DNA of 64,000 nt. Origin: an uncultured cyanobacterium. GTDB taxonomy: Bacteria > Cyanobacteriota > Cyanobacteriia > Cyanobacteriales > CAWCAG01. A model generated the notes under the pieces. That model was not told the DNA's origin. It was given only the letters and a program-made list of their open reading frames with translations, and searched no databases. The first letter of the stretch is position 1. Each line of letters begins with the position of its first letter. Of the stretch, positions 8,767 to 19,324 are shown one piece after another. The stretch lies in assembly GCA_963793425.1 (NCBI GenBank), contig CAWCAG010000007.1:960001-1024000 (forward strand), given 5' to 3'. The position numbers and the translations under genes were made by a program.

Positions 8767-10008
8767 TTACTTCTTATTTTGCTTGTCGAGGTGATAAGCT
8801 GCCTCTATAGCTGCTTTTTCTCTGGCTCTTTGAGCAAATGGCTGTAATTGTGCAATTTCCATACCGCTTAAAATACTCAAATTTTCTAAATCTATCCCTT
8901 TACTGAGCATTTCTACACACCATGTCTGTTGTGCTTGCTTTAAAGTCGGTGGTTGGGCTTGGGGTGTTAGTAAACCTGTGTTTATTGTTTGCCATAAACT
9001 TGCTAATTCCTGTTGAGAAATAGGTTGTTTTTCCTCATTGAGAAATAAGGCTGATTGTTCATCCTTACGGCTTTTTAGCCACTGAATAACTGGATCACTT
9101 TCGGCGAAGCCATAACGTTTGCCCAAAATCCACTGGTTAAGAGGCACTTGTCTAATTGCACCTTGATTGATTTGTAAGATACGTTGTCCAGATTCTCTAA
9201 TAAAGTGCGATCGCTCTAAATTAACCACTTCTTGACTTGATAAACCTGCACCAAACAAGACATAAACTAAAGCATACTCTTGTCGTCCTTGTTTCTTAGC
9301 TTGTCTAAAAAGGGAACGGACTAAACTAGCGGGTAAATCTTGTATTTGCTTTTGATTAACTGAAGATGACTGAGTTTCTAAAATAATCTCTGTTTCCCTA
9401 GAAGTAATAATAGCACCGTGTAAAAATAGCTCTACCAAACTAGCTAAAAAATCCTCTCTTTTTAGCCAAAGTCCATCTCCTTCAGTTTCAATAGTTGAGT
9501 TGATAGTGAAGTAACCGAGTATCAGCCCATTAACTAAACTGGTTAAGGTTTCCGGAGGAAAACGAACTTCTAATCCTTCTTGGGCGATCGCGCTAGCTAA
9601 ATGTTTTGCTATATGTTGATTAGCTTCTGTCAATCTTTGCCCCAAAGCCAAACGATTTTCTGGGGGATACTGCCCCGCTTCTCCTATGACAGAGTGTACT
9701 AATTCAGGAACTTTTTCTAAAGCCTCTAAACTATTCTGGCCGTAATCTTGCAATATTTGAGCAATATTAGGTTGAGAATCGCCTTGTGCCAATAAAGTTT
9801 GCTTTAAATGGGAAAATAACCTCAAATGTTCTGTTACAGCTAGTAATAAGCCGTGCTTACTGCCAAAATGTCGAAATAAAGTGACTTCATTCACCTGAGC
9901 GCGATCAGCCACAGCTTTAGTAGTAGTATCCGTAACTCCCTTTTCTGTGAATAACTCTAATGCTGCCTCAATTAAACGGGTTTTGGTCGATTTTTTTCTA
10001 GTAGACAT
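8767..10008 (-). CDS. TetR-family regulator fused to degenerate tyrosine-recombinase-like domain
   Basis: N-terminal TetR HTH (TTTKAVADRAQVNEVTLFRHFGSK). C-terminal ALVYVLFGAGLSSQEVVNL, IRQVPL and TLKQAQQTWCVEMLSKGIDLENLSILSG follow the integrase box I/II pattern. Confidence 0.8.
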   Translation of the reverse strand: MSTRKKSTKTRLIEAALELFTEKGVTDTTTKAVADRAQVNEVTLFRHFGSKHGLLLAVTEHLRLFSHLKQTLLAQGDSQPNIAQILQDYGQNSLEALEKVPELVHSVIGEAGQYPPENRLALGQRLTEANQHIAKHLASAIAQEGLEVRFPPETLTSLVNGLILGYFTINSTIETEGDGLWLKREDFLASLVELFLHGAIITSRETEIILETQSSSVNQKQIQDLPASLVRSLFRQAKKQGRQEYALVYVLFGAGLSSQEVVNLERSHFIRESGQRILQINQGAIRQVPLNQWILGKRYGFAESDPVIQWLKSRKDEQSALFLNEEKQPISQQELASLWQTINTGLLTPQAQPPTLKQAQQTWCVEMLSKGIDLENLSILSGMEIAQLQPFAQRAREKAAIEAAYHLDKQNKK

Positions 10009-10017
10009 AAACTAATT

Positions 10018-10034
10018 TGCAAGTAGCACTTGCA
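10018..10034. promoter_or_regulatory. Palindromic operator 1 (7-3-7)
   Basis: TGCAAGT-AGC-ACTTGCA, a perfect inverted repeat just upstream of the TetR start. Confidence 0.75.
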
Positions 10035-10063
10035 TTGTTCGGCTATACCTGTTACCTTAAATG

Positions 10064-10080
10064 TGTAAGCAGCACTTGCA
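10064..10080. promoter_or_regulatory. Palindromic operator 2
   Basis: TGTAAGC-AGC-ACTTGCA, 15/17 identical to operator 1. Confidence 0.7.
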
Positions 10081-10189
10081 TTATCTCTTTTGAATTATAA
10101 CTAACCTTTCACTAAACAGATAGTTGTAGCGAAGTGAAATGCAAATAACTAGAAAAATTAAATCCTGGTATTTTTAGAGGACAAAATTA

Positions 10190-11020
10190 ATGACACAAGC
10201 AGTAATTACCTTTGAGGGTAAGCAAAAGCTAACTCTCTGTTGGACGAGTGTGGCCTTTTTCAGCACATTCCACATCCTAGCTTTATTAGCACCTTGGTTT
10301 TTTTCTTGGTCAGCATTAGGTGTAATGATTTTTTGCCATTGGCTATTTGGTAGCATCGGCATTTGTTTAGGGTACCACCGCCTCTTAACCCATCGTAGTT
10401 TGCAAGTACCTCAATGGTTAGAATATGTCATAGTAACTATCGGTGCATTGGCCCTACAAGGAGGACCAATTTTTTGGGTAGCAGGACATCGTTTGCATCA
10501 TGCCCATACAGAGGATGTAGAAAAAGATCCCTATTCTGCTAAGAAAGGATTTTGGTGGAGTCATGTATTGTGGTTAGTTTATCCACAAAAGCAGTTTTTT
10601 GACTACGAAGCTTATCAAAAGTATGCTCCTGATTTAACTCGCCATGCTTATTACCGTTGGTTAAACAAAAAATCTAGTTTTATCGGGCTGCAAGTTGCCT
10701 TTAGTCTGCTGTTATACGCTTTAGGTGGTTGGTCTTTCGTAATTTATGGTACATTCCTCAGAGCAGTATTACTCTGGCATAGCACTTGGTTAATCAACTC
10801 TGCTAGTCATATCCGAGGCTATCGCACTTTCACCACCAATGACAATGCCCGTAACCTCTGGTGGGCGGCTATTCTCACTTACGGAGAAGGTTGGCACAAC
10901 AATCATCATGCCCATCCTCGCGTTGCCAAAGCTGGACAGAAGTGGTGGGAAGTTGATCCGACTTGGTGGGCAATTCAGGTGTTGCAAAGATTCGGTTTAG
11001 CCAAAAAAGTATTCTCGTAA
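10190..11020 (+). CDS. Delta-9-type acyl-lipid/acyl-CoA desaturase (DesC family)
   Basis: His boxes HRLLTH, HRLHH and GEGWHNNHH. Confidence 0.9.
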   Translation: MTQAVITFEGKQKLTLCWTSVAFFSTFHILALLAPWFFSWSALGVMIFCHWLFGSIGICLGYHRLLTHRSLQVPQWLEYVIVTIGALALQGGPIFWVAGHRLHHAHTEDVEKDPYSAKKGFWWSHVLWLVYPQKQFFDYEAYQKYAPDLTRHAYYRWLNKKSSFIGLQVAFSLLLYALGGWSFVIYGTFLRAVLLWHSTWLINSASHIRGYRTFTTNDNARNLWWAAILTYGEGWHNNHHAHPRVAKAGQKWWEVDPTWWAIQVLQRFGLAKKVFS

Positions 11021-11090
11021 AAGAGGCGCAAACCTTAAAACCCTAATGTTAGTGTCCCTGTAGAAGTTAGGGTTGAGTATAATAATCCTC

Positions 11091-11114
11091 GCCGTGTAAG
11101 TCTTTTTACACGGC
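11091..11114. terminator. Stem-loop downstream of desaturase
   Basis: GCCGTGTAA-N6-TTACACGGC; no strong U tract. Confidence 0.45.
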
Positions 11115-11267
11115 TTAAGGAAGGTATAGAATGGAGATATATGAACTGTCTACTCGTAGAAAAGAAAGTAAGCTTTACAGAAGTTGCCTCAATAATAAGT
11201 GACTTTAAAGATATTCCTCTTTTTAACTAAACCTGCCCTAACACAGAATTTTAGCTGGGTCATATCA

Positions 11268-11328
11268 GTAGGGTGGGCAAGATTCAGTAGTTGAATTAGC
11301 CTCAAAAGTTCATCTGTTTTTGCCCACC
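11268..11328 (+). repeat. GTAG-type REP-like hairpin
   Basis: GTAG-GGTGGGCAA ... TTGCCCACC inverted arms with a long loop. Confidence 0.6.
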
Positions 11329-11521
11329 AGAATTAATCAGTAAATCTTTTGGTAAAGGTCTTGGCTTTTTTTGACACCTTGCTGATTATGGTTTTCAAGA
11401 GTTTAAAAGTTTAGTTTTTCTTGGTTTTATCAAGATGATGCAACCGTCTCTTTTCTACTGAATAATTGTAGCAGAAGCTTACTATAGTTTAGAGTAGAAA
11501 AAAAGCATAAATAGCTAGTGA

Positions 11522-12292
11522 CTAAGCCAAAGGAGAAAAACCACCCGGAGGTACATCTTGCCAACGCCCTGAGCCTATTGCTTGAATTGCTTCGGATAAA
11601 GAAACATCTCCGGTGTAGAGGGCGCGGCCCACAATTACTCCTTCTACCCCTAAAGCTTCCAAGGAAAGTAAACTTAATAAATCTGTTAAAGAACTTACTC
11701 CCCCGGAAGCAATCACAGGAACATCTACGGCTGTAGCCATCTCTCGCAAGGCTTCTAAGTTAGGGCCACTTAGAGTACCATCACGGTGAATATCAGTGTA
11801 AATTATCGCTGCGGCACCCTTCGTCGCCATTTGTTGCGCCAACTCCGTAGCAGCAACTTGAGAGGTTTCCAACCACCCCCTGGTTGCCACTTGCCCATTA
11901 CGGGCATCAATACCAACCACAATTTTGTTAGGAAACTCTTGAGCTAAGTCCTCTACTAACTGAGGATTTTCCACGGCAACAGTTCCCATAATTGTGCGGT
12001 CAACTCCTAAGTTAACCAATTGAGTTACGGAGGTGCGATCGCGCAATCCTCCTCCCACTTGCACTGGCACAGATACAGCCCTAACAATAGCTTCAATAGT
12101 TTTTTGATTAGCGGGTTTTCCTTGCTTTGCCCCATCTAAATCAACAACATGAATTCGAGTTGCCCCTTGCTCTGCCCATTGTCTGGCGACATCCACAGGA
12201 TTATCATTAAATACCTGAGATTGGTCATAATCTCCTTGATAAAGGCGAACACAACGCCCTTCTAATAAATCAATAGCTGGGATAATTTCCAT
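11522..12292 (-). CDS. hisA: ProFAR isomerase
   Basis: [34 protein letters not shown] and [12 protein letters not shown]. Confidence 0.97.
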   Translation of the reverse strand: MEIIPAIDLLEGRCVRLYQGDYDQSQVFNDNPVDVARQWAEQGATRIHVVDLDGAKQGKPANQKTIEAIVRAVSVPVQVGGGLRDRTSVTQLVNLGVDRTIMGTVAVENPQLVEDLAQEFPNKIVVGIDARNGQVATRGWLETSQVAATELAQQMATKGAAAIIYTDIHRDGTLSGPNLEALREMATAVDVPVIASGGVSSLTDLLSLLSLEALGVEGVIVGRALYTGDVSLSEAIQAIGSGRWQDVPPGGFSPLA

Positions 12293-12330
12293 GATTGGCT
12301 AATTGCTAGTTGCTAATGGCTAATAGTTTT

Positions 12331-12358
12331 TTCCCAGTTCCCCAGTTCCCCAGTTCCC
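12331..12358. repeat. Short tandem repeat TTCCCCAG x3
   Basis: Directly visible; the adjacent 12298-12325 carries (T/G)GCTAAT-type heptamers. Confidence 0.85.
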
Positions 12359-14040
12359 TAGCTCCCTACCACCGGAGATAGTTCTTTCAAGATTGTAAAC
12401 TGGACGTGGTTAATTGCTAACTCACCCAGAGAAACAACTTCCTTATCAACAGGAACTCCTTGAGTGTAAAGCTTTTCAAAAGAGACTCCTTTCGCCATTT
12501 CTGCATGATACCAGGCTAAACCCATAAAAAAGCGAGTTGGATAGGGGCCTCCTTCTTGGATATCATCGGGATTTGATTCCATGGGCAACCAACCAAACCC
12601 TGGGGCATAAAATTCCATCCAGACATGATTATAGTCGGGAACTAAGGGAACTTCTTTTTGATGGGGATGGGGAGGACATTTATAACGACCGACAGTACGG
12701 CAAGCAATACCATTTAACCTGGCTAAAGCGAGTAAGATACCTAAATATTCGCCACAAGAACCCACCCCCCTAGCTAGGGCGACATCAGGAGTATCAATAT
12801 GGGGTTTGATACCATAGGAGAGTTTGTCATAAACATAGTTACGGATACTATACATTTTCCGCAACAGGTTAGTTTCTCGCTTAACGGCTTCAGTGGCTGC
12901 TTGACGAATAATTGCTGTATCCATAGCCAAGTTATCATTGTCTACCAAATAGAGTTGCTGAAACTCAGGAGACAATTCTAAAAGATTTTCACAATCTCGC
13001 GGCTTAAGTTGATACTTGATTCCCCAAACTTCTAAAGTCGCTTTCCAACCAAAAATGCGCCTTTCTTCAGGCTTCAGGCTAGCAAACTTAAATACGGCAA
13101 TACGCTGCCCTTGGTGGTTTTCTTCTGTGAAAGGTAAGCCTACAGGTTCCACAGAAACAATCTTTTGTCGTTGGGTATCTGCGGGTAGGGCGATGCGCCA
13201 TTCTAAGTCCTTAAGTTCTAATTCATCTAAAGGGGCAAGTTCTTCAATATAGGTCATTTCTACCAAATAACCATTGGAAAGAGCATAACCATTCTTTTCG
13301 TTGTGGTAAAAATACAAAGGATGAATGAAAGTGCGATCCCGGAATTCTAATTGGTAGTTAGGATCAGCATTAGGATTATCTCGGATATAAGGCTCATCAT
13401 CAGCATAAGAGACATAAAGGGTTTCTTTCCCGGTTTGGGAATCTTGTTGTAAGGCTATGCCTGTGGGATTTGCAAAAGGTGTCAGGACATTAAAAATAAC
13501 TTCCCCAGTTGCGCGATCTAAACAATAAACTGTTTGTTCTGTCTCATCACACAGCCAAAGTTTTTCCTCTTGTACAGCTAAATTCTCACGACCAATACCC
13601 GGACTATAGAAGCGAGTAATCTGCTTACCGGTTTCTTTGCTTAAAATATAAATACAGCCTGCTTTTTGAGAAGTAACATAGACTGTCGATTCCCAAACTG
13701 CTACTCCATCAGCACTATAGGGCAAATGAACAAAGTGCTGGGGACTAAAATTATCCCAAGAGCAGTAATAAATATTCTCATCTTTAGTAAACCAGAGAGT
13801 ATCCCCAGCGATTGCTATACCTCTAGCATCAACAAAATCTGAGCAGTTGTGGGAATTGAGTATAGTTGTGTTATCGTTAACCGGATCGATTTGCAACACA
13901 TAACCATTAACAGAGTCAAGGGCAATTAACCACTTTTCTCGAAACCCAATCCCCTGTAAAGCTGCCGCAGCGAGGGGTCTTATCGTTCTTGACAAAAGGC
14001 TAGCTGTTTGAGACACAGAGGTGGCAGAATCAGGAATCAT
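12358..14040 (-). CDS. Transglutaminase-like protein with N-terminal beta-propeller
   Basis: GSCGEY...NHVWMEFYAPGFGWLPME catalytic pattern; repeated G-I-A blades at the N-terminus. Confidence 0.85.
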   Translation of the reverse strand: MIPDSATSVSQTASLLSRTIRPLAAAALQGIGFREKWLIALDSVNGYVLQIDPVNDNTTILNSHNCSDFVDARGIAIAGDTLWFTKDENIYYCSWDNFSPQHFVHLPYSADGVAVWESTVYVTSQKAGCIYILSKETGKQITRFYSPGIGRENLAVQEEKLWLCDETEQTVYCLDRATGEVIFNVLTPFANPTGIALQQDSQTGKETLYVSYADDEPYIRDNPNADPNYQLEFRDRTFIHPLYFYHNEKNGYALSNGYLVEMTYIEELAPLDELELKDLEWRIALPADTQRQKIVSVEPVGLPFTEENHQGQRIAVFKFASLKPEERRIFGWKATLEVWGIKYQLKPRDCENLLELSPEFQQLYLVDNDNLAMDTAIIRQAATEAVKRETNLLRKMYSIRNYVYDKLSYGIKPHIDTPDVALARGVGSCGEYLGILLALARLNGIACRTVGRYKCPPHPHQKEVPLVPDYNHVWMEFYAPGFGWLPMESNPDDIQEGGPYPTRFFMGLAWYHAEMAKGVSFEKLYTQGVPVDKEVVSLGELAINHVQFTILKELSPVVGS

Positions 14041-14390
14041 GAATTTTCTAGATGGAAATAGAGATGCAAAGTAAGATGATAAGCCATTAGCTGCTCAAAA
14101 GGAATTGCCACAGCCTATCTTTAAGTCATCTTAAGGAGTTAGGGAAAAGTGAGAAAATAGTTGTTACCTCAGTAAAAAGCTTGCTAAGTTGAGAATATAT
14201 ATCTCAAAGTATATATATCGTTAGAAATCAATTTATGCCCAACTGTAGTAGTTAGGCTAAGTATAAACATATCAAAATAGGTAATAAACCATATGCTCAA
14301 TGCGAACTTAAAATCTAATTAATAGAATTTAGTTTCTTCTCTTACAAGCACTAGGAACCCTATCTAGCTTTTTAGCATCTCATCAACTAA

Positions 14391-15224
14391 GTGATCTGCA
14401 AAGAAAAATTTACAGTAGGTTTAATTATGACTCGGTTCAAACGTTATTTAAAACAATTTTCTCTCATAGTTCTCATCGCCATCGGGCTTTTGCTTCCTGC
14501 ATGGCTCAACTCTCCGGCACTTTCTAATACAAATTCACTTACTAGCTTATTACCTGGGGAGTTTAACTTTAGCGCTCCTTCAGATATTGGTAAACCAGAT
14601 CGGCGACAAGGGGGAGCTACTCGCAGCCCTGGTGAATGTCTGGCCAATGAGAAAAATCAACTCACAGCTTTATCTCCTGTGGGAGGGTCTTTTACCATGA
14701 AAGCTTATCCTAACTTTTCCTGGTATCTTCCTGCCAATTCTGCTCAAAAAATCTCTTTTTACCTCATGGACCCAGAAAGTCCTAATGATATCTACTACAC
14801 TTCTTATCTCTTAGCCAAGAATAATGGGGATGCGAGTATCAAAGAGCCATCCAAGATTATTAACCTAGAAATACCAGATTCTGTTAATGTCGCTCCCCTA
14901 GAAGTAAACAAGACTTACAGTTGGTTAGTAGAAGTATATTGTGACTCTTCAGGAGCAAGAGATTTTTGGGCATCAGGAGAGATTCAGCGTGTAGAGCCTG
15001 AACCGGCTGTGATAAATCAACTCAAACAAGCTCAAACTCCCGAAGCTCGTTTAGCTATCTATGCCCAAGCGCGTTTATTGCCAGAAACCCTAGAGACTCT
15101 GTTTGAGATTGAGCGTTCTAACCCCAACAGCCCTGATGTACAAGCCACTTGGCAAAAAATCATCTCTTCTTTAAAGTTTATTAACCCCATAGATGATCCT
15201 GAAGTTTCTTTAAGTACCCAGTAG
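14391..15224 (+). CDS. DUF928 domain exported protein (start may be ATG 14427)
   Basis: Signal peptide; GKPDRRQGGATR, YPNFSWYLP, PLEVNKTYSW and GEIQRVEP. Confidence 0.85.
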   Translation: MICKEKFTVGLIMTRFKRYLKQFSLIVLIAIGLLLPAWLNSPALSNTNSLTSLLPGEFNFSAPSDIGKPDRRQGGATRSPGECLANEKNQLTALSPVGGSFTMKAYPNFSWYLPANSAQKISFYLMDPESPNDIYYTSYLLAKNNGDASIKEPSKIINLEIPDSVNVAPLEVNKTYSWLVEVYCDSSGARDFWASGEIQRVEPEPAVINQLKQAQTPEARLAIYAQARLLPETLETLFEIERSNPNSPDVQATWQKIISSLKFINPIDDPEVSLSTQ

Positions 15225-15297
15225 CAGAATTCCCTAGTTAATTTTTGACATTTTGTCGAAATTAACAATTGTTCAGCATCTCCATCAACCCCTCAAA

Positions 15298-15348
15298 AAA
15301 ACCGGGTTTTTTCTTAGAGCAAAGTAGGTTGAGAAAAAACCCGGTTTT
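15298..15348. repeat. 17-bp inverted repeat (REP-like element or terminator)
   Basis: AAAACCGGGTTTTTTCT-N17-AGAAAAAACCCGGTTTT. Confidence 0.8.
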
Positions 15349-15429
15349 GTCATCTGAACCAATATATGCTCTTGACTCTATTCTCTCGGTGCATCACTAA
15401 ATACAAAACCGTTACTCCCAACAATCACC

Positions 15430-16245
15430 ATGAGAAAGATAAAATCTCGTATAGGTAAACTTTCCTTAGCATTATCTTTAGAATTAGCTATGGTAGCTGG
15501 TTTCTGCGCCCCACAAACACCTGCCTTTGAACCGTCTGGGGAGATCAGCACCCCCCAACGGACTCAACCAGGTGGAACCCGCGTCAGCATACCAACTCAG
15601 TGGGAACCAAATCGTTACAGACCTCCAGGTAATATTAGTCGTCCTAGACGCACTCAACAAGGAGGAACTCGTAGGGTTGAAGAAGAAGAATTTTTACTCA
15701 AAGCTATAGTACCTGAGTCTAGCCAAGGTTTTGGTACAACTAGCCAACCCTACCCAACCTTTTTGGTCTTTGTTGCTGATCTGATTGAAGAAAGGGATAC
15801 CATACCAGTAGAATTTGTCCTGATAGACGAAGATGGAAATGATGTTTATAGAGCAAGTTTCTCAATTAAAACTGAATCTCAGTTACTAAGCCTCACTCTC
15901 CCCGCCCATGCCGGAATGCCACCTTTAGAAGTAGGGAAAAACTATAGATGGTCTCTTATGCTGGTTCAAAGCGCCTTAGATTGGACACACAACCCTACAG
16001 CATCAGGTTGGGTGACAAGAGTTGAACCTTCAATTGAGTTAACTCAAGCCCTCTCTGGAGCAACTTCAGCACAGGAACAGGCAACAATTTATGCCCATGA
16101 GGAAATTTGGTACGATGCTGCGGCTACCTTAGCTCAGTTACAAAGAGAAAGTCCTCAAAATGAGGCTGTAAGTCAAGATTGGGTTAAACTCTTAAAAGCC
16201 GCAGGTTTAGAAAGTATTAGCTCGGTCAGGGTATCTTTTAATTAA
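15430..16245 (+). CDS. DUF928 domain exported protein
   Basis: GGTR motif (twice), PYPTFLVFV, PLEVGKNYRW, GWVTRVE and IWYDAAATLA. Confidence 0.85.
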   Translation: MRKIKSRIGKLSLALSLELAMVAGFCAPQTPAFEPSGEISTPQRTQPGGTRVSIPTQWEPNRYRPPGNISRPRRTQQGGTRRVEEEEFLLKAIVPESSQGFGTTSQPYPTFLVFVADLIEERDTIPVEFVLIDEDGNDVYRASFSIKTESQLLSLTLPAHAGMPPLEVGKNYRWSLMLVQSALDWTHNPTASGWVTRVEPSIELTQALSGATSAQEQATIYAHEEIWYDAAATLAQLQRESPQNEAVSQDWVKLLKAAGLESISSVRVSFN

Positions 16246-16259
16246 TTCTCTTAAGGTTT

Positions 16260-18196
16260 ATGCGCTTTCTGGGCAAAGTTTTAATAGTAGCTTTAGTGAT
16301 AATTATGGCAACCTCCGCTTTAAGTAACGAGATTTTGCCAGAAGAAAACTTAATTGTGGAAGGGATTCCTCCAATTCCTGCCTCTATAGTAAAAACTGTA
16401 GAACGCTATACAGATTTTCGTTCCGCCGTCCTTGCCAGTTGGCATCCTCACCGGAAAGAAATGCTTATTTCGACGCGGTTTGGAGAAACATCTCAAGTAC
16501 ACCAGGTCAAGTCTCCTTTAGGTTATCGTCAACAGTTAACTTTTTTCCCAGAAAGAGTTTCTGGGCCAGCTATCAACCGACAGAAGGTAAATATTTTGTC
16601 TTTAGTAAGGATGCTGGAGGCAATGAGTTTCGCCAGAACTATCGCTATGATTTAGGGACAGGAGAAATCACTTTACTAACAGATGGAGAATCTCGTAATA
16701 GCGCAGGAGTTTGGTCTAATGCTGGTGACTTAATGACCTACAATTCTACTCGTCGCAATGGTACAGACGTAGACCTTTACGTTATCGATCCTGCTAATCC
16801 TGATAGCGATCGCTTGGTAGCAGAAGTTGAAGGAGGGGGTTGGTTTCCCTTAACTTGGTCGCCCAATGACCAGCAAATTTTGAGTGTTGAGTATATTTCT
16901 GTTAACGAAAGTTATCTTTGGCTTTTTGATACTCAATCAGGAGAAAAGACTCTAATTACTCCTCAAGAAGAAGAGAAAGTTTTTTACGGTAGTGCCGTTT
17001 TTAGCAAAGATGGCAAGGGTTTATATGTTGTCACGGATAAAGATTCTGAATTTTCTCGTCTGGCTTATTTAGACTTAGATACCAAAGAACATACCTTCCT
17101 TAGCCAAGGGATTGACTGGGATGTGGAAGATATGGCTCTTTCTGAAGATGGTAACCTGCTGGCTTTTATCACCAACGAAGACGGCAGCAGCGTTCTCCAT
17201 CTCCTTGATACCACCACACAACAAAAACTCCCTTTACCAGAACTTCCCGTCGGACAAATTTATTCCCTTAACTGGCATAAAAATAATCAGTATTTAGGCT
17301 TTACCCTATATTCGGCTCAATCTACTGCTGATGCCTATGCTTTGGATGTAAACACCCAAAAACTTACTCGTTGGACAAAAAGCGAAACAGGAACCCTGAA
17401 TATAGACAATTTTCCTCAAGCAGAATTAGTACGTTGGTCAAGTTTTGATCAAAAAACAATTTCTGGTTTCCTTTATCGTCCCCCAACTAAGTTTACAGGT
17501 AAGCGTCCTGTAATTATTGATATTCATGGTGGGCCAGAAGGACAGTACCAACCAGGATTTTTAGGCAGACAAAATTACTATCTCAACGAATTGGGAGTAG
17601 CGATAATTTTTCCTAATGTCAGGGGTTCTTCTGGTTATGGTAAAACTTTCTTGAAATTAGATAATGGCTTCCTGCGAGAAGATTCTGTTAAAGACATTGG
17701 CGCGTTACTAAATTGGATCGCCAACCAACCAGACTTAGATAGCGACAGAATACTGGTTTCAGGGGGCAGCTATGGGGGTTATATGTCCCTAGCTGTAGCC
17801 ACTAAATATAGCGATCGCATCAGAGCAGCTATTGATATAGTAGGCATATCTAACTTCGTGAGTTTTTTAGAAAGGACAGAAAGTTATCGCCGGGATTTAC
17901 GTCGGGTAGAATATGGCGATGAACGCGACCCTCAAATGCGCCAGTTTCTCTTAGATATTTCTCCTATTAACAATGCCGACAAGATTAAAAAACCTCTCTT
18001 CGTAGTACATGGGCAAAATGATCCTCGTGTTCCTGTTTATGAGACTCAGCAAATTGCCAAGACAGTCAAGGATAATGATGTACCGGTTTGGTATTTAGTA
18101 GCTAAGGATGAAGGACACGGCTTTGCAAAGAAGAAAAACCGAGATTATTTGTTTTACGCCACTGTGATGTTTATTAAAGAGTATTTGTTGCCCTGA
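16260..18196 (+). CDS. S9 prolyl-oligopeptidase/acylaminoacyl-peptidase family protein with one frameshift near 16563
   Basis: ORFs 16260..16655 and 16439..18196 join if GGG at 16563-16565 were GGGG (...ERVSG|ASYQPTEG...). Motifs IHGGPE, GGSYGG, NDPRV and EGHGF are intact. Confidence 0.85.
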
Positions 18197-18209
18197 TTGG
18201 TTACTTTTT

Positions 18210-18914
18210 ATGAAAATACTCATCGTTGAAGACGAACCAGAAATAGCCAGACTTATTGAGCAAACCTTAGAAAGAGAAGGATTTGACTGTCTTCAAGCTA
18301 GGGATGGTTTAACTGCTTTAAGTATTTTTGAGGAACAACAACCAGATTTGCTCATTTTGGATCTTATGCTTCCTGGCTTAGATGGGCTGGAAATTTGTGC
18401 CAGAATCCGCCAAAAACCTGGTCATAAAGACCCTTACATTTTGATGTTAACGGCTAAAGGAGAAGAAATAGACCGAGTTATTGGTCTTTCTACGGGGGCC
18501 GATGACTATTTAATTAAACCTTTTAGCCCCAGAGAATTAGTAGCCAGAGTCCGAGCCTTATTGCGGCGTAGTTTGCGTCAAGGGGGGCAGCCTCAACTGA
18601 TTCGTACTCAGCATTTTATCATTGACCCAGAGCAACATAAAGCGTTTCGCCAACTTGATTGTGAAGAACAAGAACTTTTAGACTTAACGACCTTAGAATT
18701 CAATCTTTTAGCCACTTTAATTAGTCAACCTGGGCGAGTTTGGAATCGCTCTCAGTTAATCGATAAGTTGTGGGGAAATGACTTTTTTGGAGATGAGCGG
18801 GTGGTAGATACTCATATTGCCCGTTTGCGTAAGAAAATTGAACCAGACCGTTCTAACTCCTATTTTATTAAAACAGTAGTTGGTATTGGTTATAAATTTG
18901 AAGATGAAATCTAA
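18210..18914 (+). CDS. OmpR-family response regulator (orphan)
   Basis: Receiver (VEDE, LDLMLP, KPF) plus winged helix (VDTHIARLRKK, TVVGIGYKF). Confidence 0.93.
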   Translation: MKILIVEDEPEIARLIEQTLEREGFDCLQARDGLTALSIFEEQQPDLLILDLMLPGLDGLEICARIRQKPGHKDPYILMLTAKGEEIDRVIGLSTGADDYLIKPFSPRELVARVRALLRRSLRQGGQPQLIRTQHFIIDPEQHKAFRQLDCEEQELLDLTTLEFNLLATLISQPGRVWNRSQLIDKLWGNDFFGDERVVDTHIARLRKKIEPDRSNSYFIKTVVGIGYKFEDEI

Positions 18915-19324
18915 TTGGACATCAAGAAAAAAGCTCGATTTATGTCGTAAGAGAGAAAATAACCTACTTTTCTTAACAAATCTATCTAGGGGGGTATACG
19001 ACTTGTAGCATCGCCCCAGAGAATCTATGTTTGGCTGCTTAATTTCAGCATCAGCTTTTTGAGTAAGGCTCAAACCATAACTATCTTAGGAGAAAAATTT
19101 ATTTACTCAACAAAAATTACCACTTGGAACAGTCTTAAAAGCTACTCGTCTTGTCAGACTATATAATACTGAAGAGTAGCTGAAGCGTAACTTACACTCT
19201 AGAAATTGTCGTTTCTTAAACTGAGTTATTAAAGGCAAATTCTACTACTTTAATTAATATCTAAGTATCATTAAGTCATTAGGGTGTCAAACAAAACTAA
19301 CTTTTAGTTAATTTGACTTCAGCA

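Noticed and set aside
8119..10008. Active integrase/prophage or integrative element
   Set aside because: Catalytic residues are absent, and there are no att repeats, tRNA or phage genes.
19141..19180. GCTACTC...GAGTAGC inverted repeat around TATAAT upstream of the FecR gene
   Set aside because: Only 7-bp arms with a long spacer and no second copy; could be chance.
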